Assembly: GCA_030594675.1 (NCBI GenBank)
Contig: JAUVES010000002.1
Coordinates: 1 to 34,645 of the forward strand
Source of the DNA: Candidatus Nanohaloarchaea archaeon
GTDB lineage: Archaea > EX4484-52 > GLR71
Direction: 5' to 3'
Length of the DNA stretch: 34,645 nucleotides
Made by a program: the position numbers and the translations under genes. Positions 24,835-32,500 of this stretch are shown piece by piece; position 1 is the first letter of the stretch, and each line of letters begins with the position of its first letter. A model generated the notes under the pieces. That model did not search any database. It had not been told where the DNA came from and saw only the letters and a program-made list of their open reading frames with translations.

Positions 24835-25725
24835 TTACATTCCGGCGGTGATTGACATGACGGCATATCCAATAATCACAAGAAACATGGCGTGTTTTAT
24901 GCCTGCATCAATGGATCCCTCGGCAAGTTTTCCTATAGTTACTCCTGAAAAGAACCCTTGTATTATTGCAAGATGAGTAAACATTTTTTTGTATAATACC
25001 ACATCTATAGCACCTGCTTCTGTTGTTCCTGTAGAGCCGGTCATGAGATTTCCTACTGATGAGTCTACAGCCGACCATGAAAGTGCAGGGATCAGGAATT
25101 TCTGCATGCCCACCATCACGCCCAAGAATACAAAATAAATAATATACCCCTGCATCATCTGAGAAGATATTCTTGATGTCCGCTCGCGTTTTATTTTTTC
25201 AAGCTCTATTGTGGACTGCCCAACAGCATTTATAACTTCTGCAAGATTGCCGCCGGACCGGTGTGCCTCTATAATTGTCCTTACCGCCCGAGTGACTGTT
25301 TTGCTTTTAGTGGTTGATGCAAAGTTAATTATTGCTTTTTCAAAAGGCACACCCCACGAAATCTGGGCAATAAGCAGCCTTATTGGTTTTGTAAGGTTAC
25401 CATAATTGTTTTTGGAGGTATAATTGATTGCCACGGGCAAAGACATTCCCCCACGCAAACCCTCAACAATATCTCTTAAAAAATCAGGAAATCGCTCTTC
25501 TATGGTTTTTTGCTTTTGATATTTTGCGTATTTTACAAGCGTTAGTGGTATTACAAGAACAATTACTGCAAGAACATTAATTATGCTGTAAATTATATCC
25601 TGTTCAAACGGCGCGATATAAAATATGTTAAATCCATAAATGCTTGCGGCCCCACAAATAGACAATAAAATAGCATAAAACGAGTCCTTGTCAATTCCTA
25701 TTTTTTCGTAAATTGTTTTGACCAC
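24835..25725 (-). CDS. Type IV filament platform protein, single T2SSF domain (TadC/FlaJ-like)
   Basis: Polytopic membrane protein. RFPDFLRDIVEGLRGGMSLPVAINY...ISWGVPFEKAIINFA...IIEAHRSGGNLAEVINAV is the GspF/T2SSF cytoplasmic domain pattern. GTG start with AGGTGAT 5 nt upstream. Confidence 0.8.
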   Translation of the reverse strand: MVKTIYEKIGIDKDSFYAILLSICGAASIYGFNIFYIAPFEQDIIYSIINVLAVIVLVIPLTLVKYAKYQKQKTIEERFPDFLRDIVEGLRGGMSLPVAINYTSKNNYGNLTKPIRLLIAQISWGVPFEKAIINFASTTKSKTVTRAVRTIIEAHRSGGNLAEVINAVGQSTIELEKIKRERTSRISSQMMQGYIIYFVFLGVMVGMQKFLIPALSWSAVDSSVGNLMTGSTGTTEAGAIDVVLYKKMFTHLAIIQGFFSGVTIGKLAEGSIDAGIKHAMFLVIIGYAVMSITAGM

Positions 25726-25735
25726 TTATTATCAC

Positions 25736-26827
25736 CTATATGTCCGGCTGCGTATATGTTAAAAATGCTATAAATCCCATATTCAAAAGAGGTATCAAAA
25801 TATAAACCCCTAAAGATAAAAACGCGTCTATACTCATACCCCCGACATTTGAGCCGGGCACGATATTCATAACTGCAAGTATGGATACAAGAAACATAGG
25901 CGCTGCAATCAAAATTACCGTATATATATCTGCATATGTGGAGAGCGTTTCAACATATTTTTTTCTTTCAAGCTTGTAGTTGAATAATGCTATTTCCGCC
26001 ATCTCATTCAAATATTCTTTCATGTTTCCGCCGGATTCTATAATTGCCAGTATACCGTAAAGCAGTTCTTTAAAGCTTTCCGCTGGGGTTCTTTCAGCAA
26101 CATAATGAAGTGAAGTTGTTATGTCTTCCCCTAAAACTTTGATTCTTCGGACAATTGTCTTTGATTCTTCTGTTATGCCCCCATAGCTTCCGAATTCGAC
26201 AAGCATTTCAAATGACTTCTCAGGAGGGACGCCGGATGATGCAATTGCGGCCATATGATTTATTGCAAACGGCATATTTGTATCAATGCTTCTTTTTTTC
26301 TGAGATATTTTCTGGAACGGGTATACATAAAACAATAGAAAAACAAACGAAAAAACAGAAAACGGCACAACAATACAGCCAAAAAGAGCGATAACAAACG
26401 ACAAATTAAGCATAAAAGCACTTGCAACAATTGCCCCGAAAGTAATGGTGGCTGCAATAGATGCTGCTGCGGTCATGATGCCCACATATGTTTCCGGAAT
26501 AATTCGCATATCCGAATCTTCAATTGTTTTTTTGAGCGGTGTAAAATATTCAGGATATATAAGTATTATGTTTGAAAAAAGGCGATTTGCAAGGGCGCGT
26601 GAGCTTTTTACATCCCGGACAGAAACAAGTGTCTTTATAATCTGTGCAGGAAACAAAAGAAGCATTTTAAAATAATTTTTTTTCTTTTTAATTTTTAACA
26701 GATTCAAATCCATAAGGTCTTGCTTTAGCTGGTCGACATCACTTAGGTGCTGTGGTTTTGTATTGCCGGAATTTAATTTGAAACGAACTTGTTCGGCCAA
26801 TGTTTTTTTATTTTTTCCCATATGCAT
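25736..26827 (-). CDS. Type IV filament platform protein, single T2SSF domain (TadB/FlaJ-like)
   Basis: NMPFAINHMAAIASSGVPPEKSFEMLVEF...LLYGILAIIESGGNMKEYLNEMAEI plus several TM helices. It ends 10 nt before the next platform gene. Confidence 0.8.
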   Translation of the reverse strand: MHMGKNKKTLAEQVRFKLNSGNTKPQHLSDVDQLKQDLMDLNLLKIKKKKNYFKMLLLFPAQIIKTLVSVRDVKSSRALANRLFSNIILIYPEYFTPLKKTIEDSDMRIIPETYVGIMTAAASIAATITFGAIVASAFMLNLSFVIALFGCIVVPFSVFSFVFLLFYVYPFQKISQKKRSIDTNMPFAINHMAAIASSGVPPEKSFEMLVEFGSYGGITEESKTIVRRIKVLGEDITTSLHYVAERTPAESFKELLYGILAIIESGGNMKEYLNEMAEIALFNYKLERKKYVETLSTYADIYTVILIAAPMFLVSILAVMNIVPGSNVGGMSIDAFLSLGVYILIPLLNMGFIAFLTYTQPDI

Positions 26828-26984
26828 CCCAGCGGTGCGTTTTTGTAATCCTATAACTTCTTTAAGTAATTGTCAATTACTATTTTGGCTTATCGTCCTT
26901 ATTATGTTTTTGGACAACCGGTTTAGAAAAAGTGAGGATACTACACTCATCAGTTGCAGAAAGCCATATTTTAATAAAGATTTC

Positions 26985-26994
26985 TTTTAATATA
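26985..26994 (+). promoter_or_regulatory. Putative TATA box for the tRNA-Gly/tRNA-Val transcript
   Basis: TTTTAATATA centred about 35 nt upstream of the mature tRNA-Gly 5' end. Confidence 0.35.
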
Positions 26995-27024
26995 CACAAT
27001 ATACACAAGCACACACTTATTTGT

Positions 27025-27140
27025 GCGTTCGTAGTCTATTGGTATGATTTCGGCCTTCCACAACTAAGCAGTTTTGCTTTTTCAATCCTGCTTGTTGAAG
27101 ACAGCCGACGGCCCGGGTTCGACTCCCGGCGAACGCACCA
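27025..27140 (+). tRNA. trnG: tRNA-Gly(UCC) with 42-nt intron (27061-27102) at position 37/38; CCA encoded
   Basis: Acceptor GCGTTCG/CGAACGC, anticodon stem TCGGC/GCCGA, loop CUUCCA|intron|A, T-arm CCGGG-TTCGACT-CCCGG, discriminator A, CCA at 27138-27140. The intron junctions fold into a canonical bulge-helix-bulge: a 3-nt bulge CAC (27059-61), a 4-bp helix CTTC/GAAG and a 3-nt bulge ACA (27101-03). The intron also has an internal hairpin AAGCAG/CTGCTT. Confidence 0.85.
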
Positions 27141-27144
27141 AAAT

Positions 27145-27260
27145 GGACCGGTGGTCTAGTTGGTTATGACATCGCCTTGACGGACTTGATGCAGGATTCT
27201 TATTTTGCATATTGTTTAAATTGGCGAAGATCGGCGGTTCGACTCCGCCTCGGTCCACCA
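27145..27260 (+). tRNA. trnV: tRNA-Val(GAC) with ~39-nt intron (27183-27221) at position 37/38; CCA encoded
   Basis: Acceptor GGACCGG/TCGGTCC (one G-U pair), D-arm GGTCTAGTTGGTTATGAC, anticodon stem TCGCC/GGCGA, loop UUGACG|intron|U, T-arm GGCGG-TTCGACT-CCGCC. The BHB-like junction has a helix TTGA/TTAA flanked by 3-nt bulges CGG and ATT; the outer intron helix is weak. Confidence 0.8.
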
Positions 27261-27269
27261 CCAACAAAC

Positions 27270-27274
27270 TTTTT
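27270..27274 (+). terminator. T5 tract after tRNA-Val
   Basis: CAAACTTTTTGG, 10 nt after the CCA end. Confidence 0.4.
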
Positions 27275-27278
27275 GGAC

Positions 27279-27365
27279 GCGCTTGATTCATCAATACTCT
27301 TGGAGTATTCGTTAGCGCTAAAAAGTTTGAGCAAAAATCAGCAACTTGATGCTAAATCATCAAGT
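27279..27365 (+). other. Two strong hairpins in the tRNA spacer
   Basis: Hairpin 1 (27279-27318): GCGCT...AATACTC-ttg-GAGTATT...AGCGC. Hairpin 2 (27344-27365): ACTTGATG-ctaaat-CATCAAGT, a perfect 8-bp stem. Confidence 0.6.
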
Positions 27366-27442
27366 CACTTTTAGTACAATAAAAATTTGCTCCTGAAAGT
27401 GTAGCCAACGGCGAACTTTTTTATAAAAAGTTTGAGCAAAAA
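27320..27442 (+). repeat. 18-nt perfect direct repeat AAAAAGTTTGAGCAAAAA (27320-27337 and 27425-27442)
   Basis: Read directly from the sequence; the copies are 105 nt apart. Each copy is followed by TGCTCCTG..AGTGTAG, after 50 nt for the first copy and 25 nt for the second. Confidence 0.9.
27389..27416 (+). pseudogene. tRNA-Glu-like 5' fragment (acceptor plus D-arm only), followed by T6
   Basis: GCTCCTGAAAGTGTAGCCAACGGCGAAC compared with the tRNA-Glu 5' end GCTCCTGTAGTGTAGTCCGGTAATC. No anticodon arm or T-arm follows. TTTTTT lies at 27417-27422. Confidence 0.5.
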
Positions 27443-27468
27443 AGCAAAAGGCATCATATTTGTAATGT

Positions 27469-27545
27469 GCTCCTGTAGTGTAGTCCGGTAATCATTTGGG
27501 ACTCTCACTCCCAAGACCCGGGTTCGATTCCCGGCGGGAGCACCA
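27469..27545 (+). tRNA. trnE: tRNA-Glu(CUC), no intron; CCA encoded
   Basis: Acceptor GCTCCTG/CGGGAGC (one U-G pair), anticodon stem TGGGA/TCCCA, loop CUCUCAC, T-arm CCGGG-TTCGATT-CCCGG, discriminator A, CCA, then T5 at 27547-27551. Confidence 0.9.
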
Positions 27546-27631
27546 ATTTTTCAGTTCTTTAAGAAAAATATATATACTACCCACAACAAAAATAATATAT
27601 TGATATAGTACGATAGCGATTGGTGCCTTTT

Positions 27632-29551
27632 ATGCTCGGTTCAAAAATAAATGAAAATTCTGATTTAGACGCAATATCTGACAGGATACGAGAAAACGAT
27701 GTCCAGAGAAAATTAGTGGAACTTGACATTGCAAAACGGATTCTAAAGCTTGAAAACCAGCAAGAAAATATGCAAGATACAATCGGGGCTGTCAATGACT
27801 TAAAGAGCCTAAAAGATGTAATAACAAATGCTACGCAAATAAAAACAAAATTAAGGGAAATTGAAGATTTAAAATTTTTGGAACGCTTAGAAGTTGTTGA
27901 AACACAGGAAACAATTGACGGGCTTGCAGCATCCCATAAAGAAATGAATGAAAAAGTGAATTTAGTAACTGATGCAATCAAAAATCTAAAAGATCTTAAA
28001 CTGCCGCAAGGCCAAACGACGATACAAACAAGCGACATTACAAAAGATATACAGCCAAAACTTGAACGCATTGAAAGGCAATTAAATGAAATTGAAATAA
28101 GAAAAATCGATAAAAAAGACACAGATTACCTAAAAGAACAGATGCAAAGCACAAAAAAACAGATAGATGAATTAACAAACGAGACAGATAAGCTTATATC
28201 CACAATAAAAATCGGCTTGGATGCACAAGCAGGCAGAATAACACAGGCAGTTGAAAAAGCAGATTCAATAAATGCTGTTAAGGTTCAGGCGGAATCGTGG
28301 GTAAAATTTAGCGAAACACAAAGAAAGGTAAATGAAAAATTCGACTATGTTCTTGAAAAAATTAACAGCCGCATGAAAAAAAAGGATGACGAAATAGAAA
28401 AATCATTATTATTTGTAAATGAATTAAATAATGCGCTTAAAAAATACAAGCTGGAAAATATCGCTTCTGCACTTGAAAATGTTTCATTGGTTGACAAAAA
28501 AATCGATGCTAAATTCGAGGAATGTTTAAAACCGGCAATTGATGAAGAACTAAAAGATGTTGTATCTGTTGTCGACACACTTCTTCAGGAAGTAAAAAAT
28601 ATTGAAAATAAGACAAACATAAAACTTGGAAACGAGGTTGCAAATGTAAGCAAAATGATTCTCAACACTCAAAAAGAGCATGTCAAAAAAACAGGCGCAT
28701 TTGAATCAGACATAAGCACCCTGACGAATCGTGTTTGTGGTATAGAAGAAGTTCAGGACAAAGGACACCAGACACATGAAAAAGTCAATGAGCTTGCAGA
28801 AAAGCATGCAGCACTTGAAACCACCACAAACGATTTTTTACTTGAAAAAGATTTTGATGGGTACAAAAAAGAAGTTGAGGATAAAATATCTCTGTTGGAA
28901 AAAGCCATATTGGAAAAAGAAGTTCAAACAACGCAAGATAATAAGACCGATATAGAAGCCATTATCAACCTTAAAATTCAAGAGGTTTCAAAAAACGCGT
29001 TTGGTAAAATAACCCAAGACTTAAAGCCGTTGGTTACGCGCATAAACGAGCTTACGGATGATGTTGACCAAATGAAGGACTTGCGCTCTGACATGGTTGA
29101 TGACATAAATAAAATGCTTTCAACAGAAAAAGAAAATACACACAAACCTACAGAAACACATGTTTCTGAAATTCTTAAGACAACAGGTATTGAAGAACGC
29201 GTTTCTGATATAAAAAACGAACTTAACTCATTAAAAAGCAATGGTGTGGCTCAAAAAATTTCTGCAATGGAAAAACGACTTGAAGGAATAGACCATAATG
29301 GAACAATGCAGAAAATGGCTCAATTGGAGAAAGATATATCTCTGATGAAACGCAATGGGGGGGTATCAAATCTTGTTTCCCTTAAAAAATCCCAACAGGA
29401 TATACCGGCAGAAATAGAACATGAATTGAATAATAAAATGTCCTCTATTGAAAACGAGAACACGCTTCTAAGGCAGGAAATAGAAAAGATAAAAGAAGCA
29501 TATTTCCAAATGGTTCAATTTCAACAGCAGACACCGCTTATTATTGAATGA
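27632..29551 (+). CDS. Long coiled-coil protein (639 aa from ATG 27632)
   Basis: E/K/L/I/Q/N-rich with heptad-like periodicity throughout and no Cys or Trp-rich globular segment. GGTG lies 6 nt upstream of ATG 27632 (the track start, TTG 27620, is less likely). An AAAATATATATA box lies about 55 nt upstream. The antisense ORFs at 27577-28122, 28345-28578 and 28978-29241 are low-complexity artefacts. Confidence 0.75.
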   Translation: MLGSKINENSDLDAISDRIRENDVQRKLVELDIAKRILKLENQQENMQDTIGAVNDLKSLKDVITNATQIKTKLREIEDLKFLERLEVVETQETIDGLAASHKEMNEKVNLVTDAIKNLKDLKLPQGQTTIQTSDITKDIQPKLERIERQLNEIEIRKIDKKDTDYLKEQMQSTKKQIDELTNETDKLISTIKIGLDAQAGRITQAVEKADSINAVKVQAESWVKFSETQRKVNEKFDYVLEKINSRMKKKDDEIEKSLLFVNELNNALKKYKLENIASALENVSLVDKKIDAKFEECLKPAIDEELKDVVSVVDTLLQEVKNIENKTNIKLGNEVANVSKMILNTQKEHVKKTGAFESDISTLTNRVCGIEEVQDKGHQTHEKVNELAEKHAALETTTNDFLLEKDFDGYKKEVEDKISLLEKAILEKEVQTTQDNKTDIEAIINLKIQEVSKNAFGKITQDLKPLVTRINELTDDVDQMKDLRSDMVDDINKMLSTEKENTHKPTETHVSEILKTTGIEERVSDIKNELNSLKSNGVAQKISAMEKRLEGIDHNGTMQKMAQLEKDISLMKRNGGVSNLVSLKKSQQDIPAEIEHELNNKMSSIENENTLLRQEIEKIKEAYFQMVQFQQQTPLIIE

Positions 29552-29558
29552 TTTTTTT

Positions 29559-32500
29559 CTAACACCCGCTTGGGCTTCCTGTAAATTCAGCTGAAACACC
29601 GGTGCAGTCAGTGTATGCCTTTAAAGCCAGGAATTCTAAACACCCCATACCGCAGCCGGACACTGCAAACATGCCGCCAACATCAAATGTTGTTGAGTCG
29701 TTCTTCAAGACGCAATAAGTCCCGTCCTTCTTAAATGCAACAACCTGCTTGACTGTGACATTGTTCATTCCTGTGTTTGATACTAATGCAGAAAGCAAGA
29801 GCATCTTTACTGAATAATCCACCGCTCCAGAATCGATATATATTGTGATTGTGTTCTCACCAACTGTGAAGTTGCCTGCGTCGACTGTTATGGTTGCAGT
29901 CGCGCCATTGGAAAGGGTTCCTGAATAATTTACTGTTGGATTTCCGTTAAATGATACGCGCGGGTTTGTTGTATCTGCGTCCAAATCCGCTGTGTTGTAA
30001 GTATTTGCAATCTCTGCCTGTGATAATGCCGTATTGTAAACCCTCACTTCATCAATAGTCCCTGTAAATGAGTTTCCGACAACAAACGCGTCATCGTTTG
30101 TATTTATTGCCGTTGAATAATCAGCAGTTACAGATTCAACGCTGTTTACATACAGTTTCATCTCGTCTGTCCCGCCTGCGCTTCGGTTATAAGTTAACGC
30201 AATATGGTTCCATCCGGCAGATATTGTGGCTGTTATTGTCTGATTGTTTATCCTTGCAACAGCGTGCGTTGCATTTGCGTTGATTGCATACGCATTGCCT
30301 TTCGAAATGCCGTTCGCGATTTCCGCGCCGATTGAAAGGATTGTTGGTTCTGTAGAAGCGTATTTGCGGATGCGGACATCATCTGCATAATCGTCTCTAA
30401 CGCCAGCCCATGAATCTGAATATATTCCAATTTGTGTGCATGCGGTAGCATCTGTATCCGTGCCCGTAATTCTTGATATTCCGTCAATATATACAGTAAA
30501 GAAACCATCAGATGTTCTGGTTATGTCATAAGTATGCCAACTCCCTGTTGCCTGTGCATAAATGGAACCAATTTGCCCAGATGGACCAGACAACACAACC
30601 CCCCCACTTGCTACTTTCAATCTAAATTTGCGTGTATCACCATTCATAATGAACTCGAAGAAAATACCATTATTGTCTCCGCCATTAGAACATTTTAGTC
30701 GTGCATGCCATCCTGAGTAGGTGCCAGAAGACGCTGTTTTTTTACCGATTCCATATGTACCATCCGTTCTATACAGATGCATTGCCTTGACTTGTGGTGC
30801 GTTATCAACAATATCAACAGTTCCGCCATGAGAGTTAAGAATTGTAGTCCACGCGGGATTGATAGTATAGTCCCCATCCTCAAAATCATCAAAGAATTCA
30901 AATGTCTCAGTCCCATTACTATCTGTGCCCGCCCCCGCATTCCCATAATACATATAAACAGTATTGTCTGCCGCGCCCGCATAAATTTCTGGAACCTCAA
31001 CCCAGAATGTTGAGTTGCCGCTTGTTGTGGAGCAGTTCTCAGTCCAGAAGTCAATCGCTTCTTCTACCCCTGTCGTTTGGTTGAGCCATGTGAATCGCGT
31101 GTCGTTGCAGTACTTTTGTATTTTACCGAAATCGTAAAGCTCGGATGTGTTTATGCTGTCAATCTTTATCTGGTAGTCTGTAAGATATGTGTCTTCTGCG
31201 GATGTTTCCAAGACTGTTGGTTCAGTGGTGGTGTATTTTCGGACAAAAACATCATAATAACAGACATCAACAACATTGCTGCTAGAACTATATTTGACCT
31301 TGAATCTCATACAATTACCAAATGTTCCTGTGGTGTTTTCTCTTATTTCCATACGACCAGATATTCCATTCCATCCAATATATGAAACATCCCCTAAATT
31401 TCCGCTTTTAGAGCCTTCAAAAAATATCGATCTGTCAAAAAGATTTATGGTTTTGTAGTTCCACTCACTTGCATTTTTCATGATAGTATATTTGTAAAGA
31501 ACATTCGTTAAAGGTGCCCCAGTATTTGTCATATCTATATAGTCAGAATTAAGTCCGTACTGTATACCTCCGGGATTATGTCCGCCGCCATAATCTTGAC
31601 CAATCATAGAATAAACATTCGGAGTTGTGTCTGCCATAATGCCAAAATCATGAGCCCCATGATATGTGAATTGTCCATAACCGCTACCGAAATCTTCAAA
31701 TAATGTGGACAGCACATAACTGTCTGAATTTCCTATTGTAAAACCAAGAGTTTTATAATCAACTTCATCGTCACGGCTCCAATCAGCAAAATCATCTGCG
31801 GAGTCATAGAAATCAAAAGTCGCAGTCCCGTTGCTCTCTGTACCCGCTCCCGACTTCCCATAATACATATAAACCGTATTGTTCCCGGTTGTAAGGTTTG
31901 CCTTTACCCAAACGCTTGCATTGTCCTGCGAAAAATTCTGTTCAACCCAGTATGGCAGTTCTGTTTGTGTGCCTGTTGTGTCATTGAAATATGTAAAGCG
32001 CAAATCCTTGAATGTGTCGTTCATGCCCGAAACCCATGAAACTGTGTAGTTGAACTGATAATCAGTCAAATCTGTTGTTGTGTTGACTATTATCGCTTTT
32101 CTTTTAGTCCAGGAAGAATTCCACCACGCGTCGCGCGCATCCTGTATGTATATTGGCGTTTTGTATGCCCATTCAGAATAAACGCCGCCTGAAGAAGGGC
32201 TCACCCACGCAGACAAGGTAATAGCATCAGTCATGTCAAGCGCGGCATCATCAGCAACAGCAACATAATCATCCCCGTCAAACTGCAACGCAGCATTGAA
32301 TTTGCCGGATGCATTATATGCGGCGCCAGTAACAGTTCCTGTATTCCCATTGCCCGAAGAATCCAAAGCATTGCCATCAAAATGCCACCAGCCGGCAAGA
32401 CCGTTGATGCCGGAAGACGAACTGCGCCCGGTAAATGTGATTGTGGGCGTTCCGGCGATTGAAGTCAGATTGAAGTAATTAACAGTGCCGGACACAACAG

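Noticed and set aside
27023-27140. Reading the first tRNA as tRNA-His (extra G pairing with C73)
   Set aside because: Shifting the acceptor stem by one or two nucleotides leaves no sensible junction with the T-arm. With acceptor GCGTTCG/CGAACGC all arms fit, and the anticodon loop after intron removal is CUUCCAA, which is Gly UCC.
27288-27362. C/D-box sRNA on the minus strand of the tRNA spacer (two perfect UGAUGA boxes at 27362-27357 and 27293-27288, and one CUGA at 27341-27338)
   Set aside because: The box spacing is wrong for archaeal C/D sRNAs: 15 nt from C to D' and 44 nt from D' to C'. No terminal D box follows before the tRNA-Val gene. The UGAUGA boxes are parts of the two hairpin stems. 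A plus-strand reading (UGAUGC at 27347, CUGA at 27393) also lacks internal boxes.
27082-27374. Track ORFs 27082-27294 (minus) and 27177-27374 (plus)
   Set aside because: They run through the tRNA-Gly and tRNA-Val genes and the structured spacer, and they have no coding signal.
27389-27416. Functional split-tRNA 5' half, as in Nanoarchaeum
   Set aside because: Only the acceptor strand and D-arm are present. There is no anticodon arm and no GC-rich trans-annealing tail, and the fragment runs into T6 after 28 nt. It is kept as a pseudogene or scar observation only.
26830-27560. tRNA-targeted integrated element or genomic-island boundary
   Set aside because: No integrase, no duplicated tRNA 3' end and no obvious att repeat lie elsewhere in the window. 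The duplicated piece is the tRNA 5' end, and integrative elements do not usually duplicate that end.
27577-28122. 181-aa minus-strand ORF (and 28345-28578, 28978-29241)
   Set aside because: These S/F/I-rich low-complexity translations are antisense to the coiled-coil gene, a typical mirror of E/K/L-rich coding sequence.
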